From: a bacterium
GTDB taxonomy: Bacteria > Hinthialibacterota > Hinthialibacteria > Hinthialibacterales > Hinthialibacteraceae
Assembly: GCA_041946805.1 (NCBI GenBank)
Contig: JBHGBC010000090.1
Location: 1-24,071 of the forward strand
Length of the DNA: 24,071 nt
Reading direction: 5' to 3'
Shown one piece after another: positions 8,914 to 17,714 of this stretch (position 1 is its first letter; each line of letters begins with the position of its first letter). The position numbers were made by a program, and so were the translations under genes. The notes beneath the pieces are model-generated. The model saw nothing but the letters and a program-made list of their open reading frames with translations, was not told the DNA's origin and did no database searches.

Positions 8914-10544
8914 AGTGCAAAGCCGCGCGGAAACTTCTGATCGATCACCTCGGCGGGCATCTCGATCCCGGGGACCAAAGGGAACTGGCCCATCACCTCG
9001 AAACCTGCTCCGCCTGCGCCCGGTTTTGGACCGGAGCGCGACAAACCATGGCCGCGGTCACTCCGGTTCAACCGGTCCGCGCGTCCGCGGATTTCAAGGA
9101 GCGGATCATGAAAGAAATCGCGTTGTCCCACCCACTTCCCGTATCATCTCCTCCCGTATCATCTTCCAAATCGTCAGCGGACCGCGTCATCCATCGCGCC
9201 GGATTGAGTAAACCGGTCTGGATCGCCGGATTGGCGGCCCTTCTGCTGCTGGCCATCCCTCTCTTCGATTTGCTTTTCTTCCCGAATCCCGAATCCGGCC
9301 GGGACCGCGCCGCCGCCGGCCTGTTGGCGCGGGCATGGGCCGCCGAACAGGATTTGTTTAGCGGAGAGGGAGTTGTTTACCTGGTGAATGAGATCCTCGT
9401 GCATCCGGTCAACAATCCGGAACTGGCGGGGATCCGCTGGCTGCCCATGGCCACCCTGCAAGCGTCCGGCCAGATGCAAATGAATCAGTTGCGCCTGCCC
9501 GCGGGACCGGGCGAGTCCTACCGCCTGTCGGACACGGCCCTGTATGATCCGCCCACCGGCCGGTTTATGCGGATCGTGCAAAAGGACGATCAGGTGATCT
9601 TCGCCACGTCGTACGATGGGAAATCGGTCTTCACGTTTCAACCCGGGGAGGCGGGAGAGGCGCGCGTGGTGAAAACCCCTGTTGCGGAGACCTTTCAAGC
9701 GCCGAAAGATCCCGCCGGATTTCTGGGGATCGGGGCGGGATTCCAAAGCCGGATCGACGAGCAGGATGCCACGCGCGTCCAGCGGTTGGAGGACACCACG
9801 CTGGCGGACGGGACGCCGGCGCGGGTGTTGAGATCCACTTTGCCGGCCCCCGAGGGAACGCCGGAGAGTTACGTGCTCTTCCGGATCCGCCAGGACAATG
9901 ACACGATCGCGGAAATGGAATGGATGGCGGCGGGCGAACCGCTGCTGCTCTTCCGGCGGATCAAAACCTCGACGCTGGAGGACCGGGGTATCCACTGGGA
10001 TTTGTCGGAGATCGATACACAAGCCAAACCCGCGGCCTCTTCTCCCGAGGTGGTTCCGGACGTGGTGATCCCGGATGTCAGCGTGGAGCATATGGCGGAG
10101 AAGGCCGATTTCGCGGCGTACATTTTCTCCGCCACCCCCGCGTGGACCCAGCGGCGCGTGATCCTGGATATCCTGGACATCGCCAGCCCGCCGCACCGCA
10201 TGTTCGCGTTGGCGTATCCCGCGCAAGACAAGCGCCACGTGGTGATGATCCAGGCCGTCACCTACAACCAGGCCTTCGGGGGCTTGGTGAAACAAGGCAC
10301 ATTGATCTATACCTCGCCCAACGGCTTCAAGGTGTGGAGCACGCCCCAGGACAAAATGGGCGCGATGATCGCGTTGCAGAGCCTGAGGGCGGTGATCCAG
10401 GACGCGCCCTCCGAGAACCGCACCGGATACATTCTCGAATCGCCGGCGGGCACGTTTCCCGCGCTGGCGGTCAACGGACCCGTGACCGATGACGAATTGC
10501 ACGGGCTGATCGATTCGCTCGTGCCGGTGAAAAATGCGGAATGA
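8910..10544 (+). CDS. Zinc-binding anti-sigma factor (zf-HC2) with one TM helix and a large extracytoplasmic domain
   Basis: MKC...HLETCSAC (C-x-HxxxCxxC), TM segment VWIAGLAALLLLAIPLF, ~410 aa downstream domain. Translationally coupled to the ECF sigma gene. Confidence 0.85.
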   Translation: MKCKAARKLLIDHLGGHLDPGDQRELAHHLETCSACARFWTGARQTMAAVTPVQPVRASADFKERIMKEIALSHPLPVSSPPVSSSKSSADRVIHRAGLSKPVWIAGLAALLLLAIPLFDLLFFPNPESGRDRAAAGLLARAWAAEQDLFSGEGVVYLVNEILVHPVNNPELAGIRWLPMATLQASGQMQMNQLRLPAGPGESYRLSDTALYDPPTGRFMRIVQKDDQVIFATSYDGKSVFTFQPGEAGEARVVKTPVAETFQAPKDPAGFLGIGAGFQSRIDEQDATRVQRLEDTTLADGTPARVLRSTLPAPEGTPESYVLFRIRQDNDTIAEMEWMAAGEPLLLFRRIKTSTLEDRGIHWDLSEIDTQAKPAASSPEVVPDVVIPDVSVEHMAEKADFAAYIFSATPAWTQRRVILDILDIASPPHRMFALAYPAQDKRHVVMIQAVTYNQAFGGLVKQGTLIYTSPNGFKVWSTPQDKMGAMIALQSLRAVIQDAPSENRTGYILESPAGTFPALAVNGPVTDDELHGLIDSLVPVKNAE

Positions 10545-10632
10545 CCGCCTTCGGATTCGAGAGTGAAATGCAAGATCTTTTCCCTGACGGAACGGCAAAA
10601 AGTACAAATGATCCTGCAATGTTCTATATGTT

Positions 10633-10689
10633 GTCGCGCAGGCGTCCCGCCTGCAACCATTTTTTGCGCAGACAAGATGTCTGCACCAC
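10633..10689. repeat. Inverted pair of REP-like palindromes (BIME-like doublet)
   Basis: GTCGCGCAGGCGTCCCGCCTGC (10633-10654) faces GCAGACAAGATGTCTGCACCAC (10668-10689). Each unit is a GCAG(G/A)C...G(C/T)CTGC hairpin with a GTNG-like foot. Confidence 0.65.
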
Positions 10690-10738
10690 CATCAAGTGAC
10701 TTTTTGCCGCTCCGTCTTTCCCTGAAAGGAGATCCGCC

Positions 10739-11086
10739 ATGGGGAAACCTTACGCAATCATTTCGTGGTTTGACAAACTGTTTCGCGGCTTGGGCATGCT
10801 GGGAGTGCTCGGATTCGCGGGTCTGGCCGGATTCATTCATCCCGATTGGTTCCCATTCAGCTATTATAGTTATATCAGTTATCTCAGTTTCTTCCGTTTT
10901 GCATTGTATTTTTATTATCCCTGCCGCCCCGAGGATTCCAACAAACTGGCTACCATCACCGTGGGCGGGGTGATCCCCGCGCTGATATTGATCGCTATCC
11001 CCCCCGATCCCCGTATGGGATTTTTGGGCTTCCTGGGCTTCCTGGGATTTTCTATACCGGATCCATCGCCCGCACGCGAATGCTGA
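10739..11086 (+). CDS. Small membrane protein with GxLG repeats (DUF3796-like)
   Basis: Strong RBS GAAAGGAG, hydrophobic segments, and GLGMLGVLGFAG and GFLGFLGFLGF motifs. The DUF3796 resemblance is from memory. Confidence 0.65.
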   Translation: MGKPYAIISWFDKLFRGLGMLGVLGFAGLAGFIHPDWFPFSYYSYISYLSFFRFALYFYYPCRPEDSNKLATITVGGVIPALILIAIPPDPRMGFLGFLGFLGFSIPDPSPAREC

Positions 11087-11808
11087 ACCATTCCACAATT
11101 GTGATTCATCGAATATGTGAACACCCCATGGCTTACCGGCCGGTTCCCGGCACAGTGGGGAGCGAGAATGCGGCGAACCGCAATATTCGGCGATTGCAGA
11201 TGACCGGGCCGGAAATATTTGAATATAAAATGATCGCGCCTCTCCAATACATTATCTTATAGGGATGCGGCTACTTTAAAACACCCAAAACCATCACTTT
11301 ATCGATCCATTTTGCCGGGCCAGCGCCGCGGATCGAATTGCCTCTCCTTCTTCGGTCCCGCCGAGGCCAAGGCGATACTGGCCGGCCGGCTCGGTCCCCG
11401 GGCGGCGTTCGAGTGCCTTTCCTCCGCGGCGGAAACAATTTCCCTCTCGAAGACGACAAACCGCCGGCCTGAGGGTGGGTTGATATGGATGCTCACGATA
11501 TGGGCAGTAGCGGCTGGCCCGGGAAAGCGGAAAATGAAATGGGCGTATTACAGGGATCACAGTGGCCTGAGGGCTTATTCGTCATTGAGAACATCTATGA
11601 TTCCAATCAATCCGGCCGCTGGGCTTGGATTATCTCCCGCTGATTAAGTCACGGCAACGTCGGCCAAGTCGATCGAATACTGCGTATCGGCCCGGCTGAA
11701 TGCCAGAAGCAGGGCTTCCAGCCATTTCGTTTCTCTTCCGAATCAGCTGATTTGGAATGCCAAAAGAATGTCATGGGAGATTATTCCTCAATAAATTTAT
11801 TTACCCTA

Positions 11809-11837
11809 TTGACAATATGACTGTCATTATGTAGAAT
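11809..11837 (+). promoter_or_regulatory. Sigma-70 promoter with an overlapping dyad operator, upstream of the MerR-VWA operon
   Basis: TTGACA (11809-14), 17 bp, TAGAAT (11832-37). Dyads TGACA-N7-TGTCA (11810-11826) and ATGAC-T-GTCAT (11817-11827). Confidence 0.7.
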
Positions 11838-11951
11838 CAAACCTTGAATATAAAGAATACAAAGATCATCCAAAAGATCGAACCAACTTACTTCATTTGC
11901 GATTTCATCCTTCACGAGTTGGGATATTCTGAACCATAAGCCCGCGGAAAC

Positions 11952-11979
11952 GGGGTGCGGCCAGCGCGCCCCTTTCGTT
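11952..11979 (+). terminator. Candidate terminator/attenuator hairpin in the MerR leader
   Basis: 8-bp stem GGGGTGCG/CGCGCCCC (one G-U pair), GCCAG loop, followed by TTTCGTT. Confidence 0.35.
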
Positions 11980-12072
11980 GAGCCAAAGCCCAATATGAGA
12001 GAGATATTTATATTCACAACGCAACAGTTACACTAATAAATTGCATCTTTTGATCCAAGGATAAGGAAAAAT

Positions 12073-12747
12073 ATGTTGGAAGATAACTACACCATAACCG
12101 ATCTGGAGAAAAAAACCGGGCTGAACCGCCGCACCATCCACTTCTACACCAAGGAAAAGATGATCCCTCCACCCTATGGAGCGGGAGGAGGAGCACGGTA
12201 CGGCGAGGAACACGTGGTGCGCCTGCGGCTCATCCAGGAACTGCAGAAATCCCACCTGCGCTTGTCCGGAATCCGGGAAGCCCTGGATTCGATGTCGCTG
12301 GATGAAATGAGAGAGGTGCTGGCCAAGGCCCGGCTGAGCCCGCCGGAGCCGTGGAGCAAGGAAACCCTGGAGCAATGGCTGCAGGGGGAAGGATACACGG
12401 AAGACATCACGCCGGAACCGGGTATGCCATCCCCGCCCGGACCCATGTCCGCGAATTACTCGTTCCTGGACATGGCCAAAGGAGAAAAGGAGAAAATCAA
12501 AAAGACTGAAGCGAAGGAATTCAATGAACTTCGGGAGGCCCGGAGTGAGTCCATCCTGCCGCCCCGGCCGGAGGACAAAAGTTATCTCAAGAGCCTGAAG
12601 CGCACGGTCCCCCGCGGCCGGGATACCTGGGAAAGATTGACGATTGCGGAAGGCCTGGAGATCCACATCCGCTCGGACATGGTGGAGCGATATCAAGCCT
12701 TGATGCCGCGGATGATGATCCTGATCAAAGAGTTGCTGTCCCGGTAA
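12073..12747 (+). CDS. MerR-family HTH transcriptional regulator
   Basis: YTITDLEKKTGLNRRTIHFY...ARYGEEHVVRLRLIQELQ..LSGIREAL MerR HTH. C-terminal TWERLTIAEGLEIHIR segment. RBS AAGGA. Confidence 0.88.
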   Translation: MLEDNYTITDLEKKTGLNRRTIHFYTKEKMIPPPYGAGGGARYGEEHVVRLRLIQELQKSHLRLSGIREALDSMSLDEMREVLAKARLSPPEPWSKETLEQWLQGEGYTEDITPEPGMPSPPGPMSANYSFLDMAKGEKEKIKKTEAKEFNELREARSESILPPRPEDKSYLKSLKRTVPRGRDTWERLTIAEGLEIHIRSDMVERYQALMPRMMILIKELLSR

Positions 12748-12754
12748 AGGAGAC

Positions 12755-14053
12755 ATGATCATGAATATCCAAATGCTTTGGGATTTTTCCAAAATCCCCG
12801 TGAATCAAGCGTTTACAAGCCGGTTGCTGGTGACGGTGGAGACCCCGCGGAAAACGGGCCGGCCCCGGCGGCCCTTGAACGTGGCGGTGGTGCTGGACCG
12901 TTCCGGATCCATGAGCGGCGCTAAATTGCAGCGGGTAAAGGAGGCTACCCGGATCCTGGTGGAAAAACTCGGCCCGGAGGATATCTTTTCGCTGACCGTG
13001 TTCGACACCGTGGTCACGCCCCTGGTGGCGCCGATGCCGGTAAGGGATGGAGGGCACTCCATCGCGCGGACGATCGAGGCGATTCACGCGGGATCCAGCA
13101 CCAATTTGAGCGGCGGGTATCTGCAGGGCTGTGATTTCGCCCGGCGCAATAATTCACCAGAACGGATCAACCGGGTGATCCTGCTGTCCGACGGACTGGC
13201 GAACGAGGGCATTACGCATCCCCAGGAGTTGGCCCGGCTCGCGCAGGCGCACCGCCGGGAGAACCTCACCACCAGCACGATCGGCGTGGGGAGCGATTTC
13301 AACGAAGAGTTGATGGGGAAGATGGCGGAACAGGGGGGCGGCTCCACCTATTTCATCGACCGTCCCGAAGAGGCGAATAGCGTGTTTCTGGAGGAACTGG
13401 GTGATTTGAAGGCGGTGGCCGCGACGGGATTCCAGATTCGTTTCGCGCCGTCTCTGCCGGGAGTCCAGGCGGCCCAACTGAACAACTACGGCCAGCCCGC
13501 GGCCGATGTTTATTACCTAGGCGACATCCTCGAGGGCATTCCGAAACACCTGGTCCTCGAAGTGAAACTGCCGCCGGCGCGGCAAGAAGGCCGCGTGGAG
13601 ATCGGGCGGCTGGAATTCCTCTTCCATGAGGCCGTCGAGACGGGCTTCCAAGGCCGGCGGGAGGAGTTTCCCGTCGAGCTGGACGTGGTTGCGCTCGATG
13701 AGTTCGCGTCCATCATTCCCGTCCGGGAGGTGACCCTGCAGGCGGCGTATCTGACCGTGGCGGCGGTCAAGGCGGAATCAATCCGGTTGTCGGACCAGGG
13801 GCATTTTCAAGAGGCCGCGGCAGTGTTGGAAAACTGCGCTAATACGTTGCGCGAAATGCAACTGCATGACCCACGCCTCGACCGGATGATCCAGGAGTTG
13901 TTCGACAGCGCCCGGCAGTTGCGGGAACGAGGCGAACAGTACTATACGCCCCGGCAACGGAAACAGATGTATTTTGAAGCCGAACTCACCCAAAAAAGCC
14001 AGACTGCTAAGGCAGACCGGATGCGGCAAAGGCAGGGCAGACCGGAGGATTGA
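12755..14053 (+). CDS. von Willebrand factor A (VWA) domain protein, YfbK/CLCA-like, cytoplasmic
   Basis: MIDAS DRSGSMSG, STNLSGG, ILLSDGLAN and IGVGSDFNEELM motifs, with a C-terminal helical region. RBS AAGGAG overlaps the merR stop. No signal peptide. Confidence 0.9.
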   Translation: MIMNIQMLWDFSKIPVNQAFTSRLLVTVETPRKTGRPRRPLNVAVVLDRSGSMSGAKLQRVKEATRILVEKLGPEDIFSLTVFDTVVTPLVAPMPVRDGGHSIARTIEAIHAGSSTNLSGGYLQGCDFARRNNSPERINRVILLSDGLANEGITHPQELARLAQAHRRENLTTSTIGVGSDFNEELMGKMAEQGGGSTYFIDRPEEANSVFLEELGDLKAVAATGFQIRFAPSLPGVQAAQLNNYGQPAADVYYLGDILEGIPKHLVLEVKLPPARQEGRVEIGRLEFLFHEAVETGFQGRREEFPVELDVVALDEFASIIPVREVTLQAAYLTVAAVKAESIRLSDQGHFQEAAAVLENCANTLREMQLHDPRLDRMIQELFDSARQLRERGEQYYTPRQRKQMYFEAELTQKSQTAKADRMRQRQGRPED

Positions 14054-14595
14054 GCAGGCGGAGGGGAGCAAGGGTATCACAGTCAGGAAATAATCACGAA
14101 AAATCACAGACGTGTATATCCGGCCGGGATTGCTGCGGCTACCCGAATTACTTGGCCCCACCCGGGACCACCCGGCCGGATCGAATTTCTCGCCAGCTCA
14201 CGCCGATTACTGAAATGCCCCGCCAACCGAGTCACGTACCGCCCACGATTTCTTCGGGAAGATCCGCCGGCCGATCGAACCATGCGATCCGTCCCTCGGC
14301 CTGGGCCAGGAGTTCATGATCAAGGGCAATGAGATCCCTGGCACGGGCGTCCGGTACGCTGACAGATTGTGCCATTTCCCCTTGTTTATGTGATTTCGAT
14401 TCTTCCGCGGAGACTAATTGAGTCATATTTTTATCGCTTGTTCCGTATATATATATTCAATAAATTAAAATAGTTAGAAGAATAAGGGATGGTAATTATG
14501 GTTAATCCGTGAAATGCGTCGCCTGAGAACCTGTCTTCATGATATCGGGCACAACCACACCCGGATTTTCTTCAACCTGAAAATCCGGATCAAGC

Positions 14596-14847
14596 GATTC
14601 ATCCGGCACTTGCGTACAGGAGGGGGAAAATCGTATTTCAATACCTTGACTCAGAACCGATGGATAATAATTTCCTTCCCCCAAGCGTTTAGGAATCCGC
14701 CGAGGGGATCGGCGCCGGGGAAAGGCTTTCCCTCACCCTGGGCCCTCTCCCAGAGGGAGAGGGGATATTGGGGGTGGTACTCACCGATCACCGCGAAGAA
14801 CTGCCAGCCGTCCTTATAAGAATAAATGCGCACACTCTGGATGAGCC
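14596..14847 (-). mobile_element. MITE-like element, copy 2 (252 bp)
   Basis: Inward-facing TIRs GATTCATCCGGCACTTGCGTAC (14596-14617) and GGCTCATCCAGAGTGTGCGCAT (14847-14826, -). Internal REP at 14730-14763. An extra TIR-like GGTTAATCCGTGAAATGCGT lies at 14500. Confidence 0.62.
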
Positions 14848-14877
14848 GGAAAAAGGTTCGCTTGACCGGCGGGTTTG

Positions 14878-14907
14878 TTGACAATCCGGGAATCCCTGTG
14901 CGACAAT
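14878..14907 (+). promoter_or_regulatory. Possible sigma-70 promoter for the first fucose-isomerase-like gene
   Basis: TTGACA (14878-83), 18 bp, GACAAT (14902-07) preceded by TG-n. Confidence 0.3.
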
Positions 14908-14966
14908 CCCTCCAGCATCATTCATTCCTTGATACCGGTTCTATCAAGTTGAGAAAGAGGTTCACC

Positions 14967-16394
14967 ATGGATTGTCCCATCAGCCGCAGAGGATTCATCG
15001 GTACCAGCACGGCGGGCATCGGCGCGATGATGCTCAACGCCCAGTTCGGGCGGACGGAGGAGAGCGGGGATTGGCCGCCCAAACTGCCGCCGGTCAAAAT
15101 TCACCAGGTGTATGTCGGCCGCACCGGCGGGATCTACTTGTCCCGGCCCACGGGAGAGATCGACAAGTTCCAAGCCTACCTGGCCGCCCTGGAAGCCAAA
15201 CTGGGCGACGTGAAATTCGTCGGCGGCGACATCGTCCCGCCCGCGGAAATGTCAGCCGTTCTCCCCAAGATCAAGGAAGCGGACGGCGTGCTGCTGTTCC
15301 ACCTCAGCGCCCATGGCGGTGACGCCCCCCTGCAGGCCATGACCGACATCATCGGCACGGGTATCCAAACCGCCGTGTTCAGCCAGCCCTTCAGCGGTCA
15401 TGGCTGGATGTATTTTCCCCGCTGGCAGAAGGAAGGCCACAAGGTGGTCCTGCTGCCCTCCAGCGACTGGAGCGAGATCGACAAAGTGGTCAAACTGATG
15501 CGCGTGGGGCCGCATCTCAAGAACACCCGGATTCTCGTGGTCCATGGCCCCACCGGCACGACGGCGGCTTGCGACGCGGAACGGGTCAAAGCGAAACTGG
15601 GCTGCGAATTCGTGCCCATCTCGGTGGAGGAAACCCTGAAGGAACACGCGGCCGTGCCGCTCGCGGACGCCGAGGCCGAGGCGGAAAAGTATTGGTTCAG
15701 CCAGGCGAATCAAGTCGTGGAGCCGACCCGCGAGGAGGTCATCAGCTCGGCCCGGTTCTACCTGGCCCTGAAGAATGTCATGAAGCGGGAAAACTGCCGG
15801 GCGGTCACCAGCTCCAACTGCATGGGCGCCCCCGCCAAAGGGTGCCTGGCCTTCAGCAAGCTGAACGACCTGGGCATGGTGGGCGCGTGCGAGGGCGACA
15901 TGGACTCGACTCTCACCATGCTCATGTTCGGCTATGCCTTCGACGTGCCGGGATTCATCACCGACCCGGTCTTCGACGTGTCGCAAAACGCGCTGATCCA
16001 TTTCCACTGCACCTCGGCAACCAAGATGGACGGCCCCCAAGGCGAGCGCCTGCCCTTCAGCATCCGCACCCAGACCGACAGCGGCCAGGGCGTGTCGCTG
16101 GACGTGGAAAACCGCATCGGCCAACCCGTGACCTGCGCCAAGTTCATCAATCTGGATACGATGCTGATCTCCACGGGTGAGATCTTCAAGGTGACACATG
16201 ACAAACTCGGCTGCCGCACCCAGTTCTGGACGAAGGTCGCGGACGCGGACAGCATGTTCCGCAACTGGGGCGCCGGCGTGCTGGAAGGCGGCGTCATGGC
16301 CCTTCTGCACCGCGCGGTCTTCTACGGCGATCACAAACGCGACATCGAAGACCTGAGCCACCTGATGGGCTTCAAGACGGTGGAAGAGGCGTAG
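14967..16394 (+). CDS. Tat-exported L-fucose/L-arabinose isomerase-like protein, paralogue 1
   Basis: ISRRGFIG Tat motif after RBS AAAGAGG (ATG 14967; the ORF track start at 14826 looks too long). FucI/AraA-like C-terminal motifs CLAFSKLND.G..GACEGD, GFITDP, FHCT, CRTQ and LHRAVFYGD. Confidence 0.7.
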   Translation: MDCPISRRGFIGTSTAGIGAMMLNAQFGRTEESGDWPPKLPPVKIHQVYVGRTGGIYLSRPTGEIDKFQAYLAALEAKLGDVKFVGGDIVPPAEMSAVLPKIKEADGVLLFHLSAHGGDAPLQAMTDIIGTGIQTAVFSQPFSGHGWMYFPRWQKEGHKVVLLPSSDWSEIDKVVKLMRVGPHLKNTRILVVHGPTGTTAACDAERVKAKLGCEFVPISVEETLKEHAAVPLADAEAEAEKYWFSQANQVVEPTREEVISSARFYLALKNVMKRENCRAVTSSNCMGAPAKGCLAFSKLNDLGMVGACEGDMDSTLTMLMFGYAFDVPGFITDPVFDVSQNALIHFHCTSATKMDGPQGERLPFSIRTQTDSGQGVSLDVENRIGQPVTCAKFINLDTMLISTGEIFKVTHDKLGCRTQFWTKVADADSMFRNWGAGVLEGGVMALLHRAVFYGDHKRDIEDLSHLMGFKTVEEA

Positions 16395-16457
16395 TCCCGT
16401 TCCGGGACCAATCCCGGCCTATCCCGCCCGGCCTTACCATCCGCCGGGAAGAGTCTC

Positions 16458-16500
16458 CGCGCCCGGAGCGCCTCACCGCCCTCCGGGCGCGTGGCTTTGT
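16458..16500 (+). terminator. GC-rich hairpin downstream of paralogue 1, possible terminator
   Basis: Perfect 11-bp stem CGCGCCCGGAG/CTCCGGGCGCG (16458-68, 16481-91) with only a weak T tail (TGGCTTTGT). Confidence 0.4.
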
Positions 16501-16707
16501 ATGATGCAGGGTGGGCTAAGCCATGTGAATGAAGCATCCCCTCTCTCCCTTCCCCCGGACTTCGGGGAGAATCAAAAACCGGGGATCAGCGTACAAGCGG
16601 GATTCATGGAGTGCTCAATTCCGAAAGGATTTCCATCATAACCAGAACACGGCTGCGATACGATAACCGTGGCCGCGCGAATGCGTTAAAGAATAGTTTT
16701 CCGGGCT

Positions 16708-16738
16708 TTGACAAACTCCTTCCCTTTTGTTATATAAG
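16708..16738 (+). promoter_or_regulatory. Possible sigma-70 promoter upstream of the prepilin gene
   Basis: TTGACA (16708-13), 17 bp, then TG-T-TATATA; the -10 element is imperfect. Confidence 0.3.
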
Positions 16739-16791
16739 TCCACAGCCCGTATGGTATGACCAATGCAAATAATTCTTTTGGTTTTTCCATC

Positions 16792-16815
16792 AAACACGCA
16801 CTGCCCTGAAGAACC
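16792..16815 (-). repeat. Solitary TIR-like end of the MITE family
   Basis: Reverse complement GGTTCTTCAGGGCAGTGCGTGTTT matches 24005-24028 at 18/24 positions. Confidence 0.4.
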
Positions 16816-17049
16816 AATCCTTTTTTTCAGGACCAACCGGATTGAGAATGGTGCAATTACGAATGACATTCTCCATCCTCTTTCGCTTTTCACGATGAAC
16901 ATGGAATGAATTGGGGATGGAGTTTCCGGCGCTTATGGCAATCGGTCTCAGGCGGATGTTGACGGCCATGCCCTTGACGAATAATCAGTCAGGACGGATT
17001 CCGGCCATCCCAAGACAACGAGCATATTCACATGGAAAGGGTAGTCAAC

Positions 17050-17610
17050 GTGACGAGGGGATTTACCTTAATTGAATTGCTTATCGTTGTCGCGATTATC
17101 GGCATTCTCGCCGCAATCGCCGTTCCCAATTTTCTGAACGCCCGCACCCGCGCCCTGGTCACCCGTTGTTACGCGGATGAAAAATCGCTGGGGGACGCGT
17201 TTGAAATGTATCACATGGACAACAACGCCTACCCCCGCGGCAATGACATGTGGTATACTAACCAGATGTATCCCCGCCTCACCACGCCCGTCGCCTATAT
17301 CTCCACCATCCCTCTCGATCCTTTCGTGATCAAGGAGGAGCCGCAGCGGCCGATGTATCACGGCCTCTACTATCCGTGTTGGAATATCAACACCATGGTG
17401 ATCCTCCAAAGCAAAGTATGGGGGGGAGCGCCCGTGCGCATCGCGGTGAGCCATGGAACCCACATCTTGATCGTCAGCTCGGGCCCCGATAAACACGAAG
17501 ACATCGACTCCCAGGCGACCGGCGCGTTGACCTACCACATGTCCAACGGCTTGCATTCCGAAGGCGATATCATCCGGTATGTCCCCGGCAACATGGAAAA
17601 TGCCTATTGA
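17050..17610 (+). CDS. Prepilin-type N-terminal cleavage/methylation protein (GspG/pseudopilin-like)
   Basis: RG|FTLIELLIVVAIIGILAAIAVPNF class III signal, then YHMDNNAYP, LTTPVAYI..P.DPF, SSGPD and SNG..S.GDI. GTG at 17050 follows GGAAAGGG (alternative ATG 17032). Confidence 0.88.
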   Translation: MTRGFTLIELLIVVAIIGILAAIAVPNFLNARTRALVTRCYADEKSLGDAFEMYHMDNNAYPRGNDMWYTNQMYPRLTTPVAYISTIPLDPFVIKEEPQRPMYHGLYYPCWNINTMVILQSKVWGGAPVRIAVSHGTHILIVSSGPDKHEDIDSQATGALTYHMSNGLHSEGDIIRYVPGNMENAY

Positions 17611-17714
17611 TGGATACGGGATTCGGCCGCCCCATCCAGGCCGGATCCCGATGAGGGAATCCTGGAGAATGATCCAACCGGTCATTCCGCTACATATCTT
17701 CGGAGGATGACAAC

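Noticed and set aside
11103..11124. Further weak TIR-like matches (11103-11124, 20927-20948, 1124-1143, 5683-5694)
   Set aside because: Too degenerate, gapped or short, and without a paired end, so not counted as family members.
11299..11740. Minus-strand coding-like fragments (EREIVSAAEERH, faintly like carbamoyltransferase N-termini; KWLEALLLAFSRADTQYSIDLADVAVT)
   Set aside because: Short, discontinuous and without start/RBS support. They could be gene remnants but cannot be called without a tBLASTx/BLASTx search.
11940..11993. TPP or c-di-GMP riboswitch (GGGGTGC, GCCAGCG, GAAA tetraloop)
   Set aside because: Core elements are missing (no CTGAGA or ACCTGAT for TPP, no GCAAA...GACGCAAAGC for c-di-GMP-I). 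Kept only as an unassigned hairpin.
14232..14426. 64-aa minus-strand ORF downstream of the VWA gene, plus neighbouring short ORFs at 14502-14884
   Set aside because: No recognisable domain or RBS. The 14502-14884 ORFs run through the MITE-like element and REP hairpin.
14587..14856. Target-site duplication around MITE copy 2 (GGATCAAGC vs GGAAAAAGG)
   Set aside because: Only 6/9 identical, and no comparable duplication is visible at other copies.
17050..17610. Assigning the symbol gspG/pulG
   Set aside because: The N-terminus is GspG-like, but there is no T2SS operon context and the body differs from the canonical major pseudopilin.
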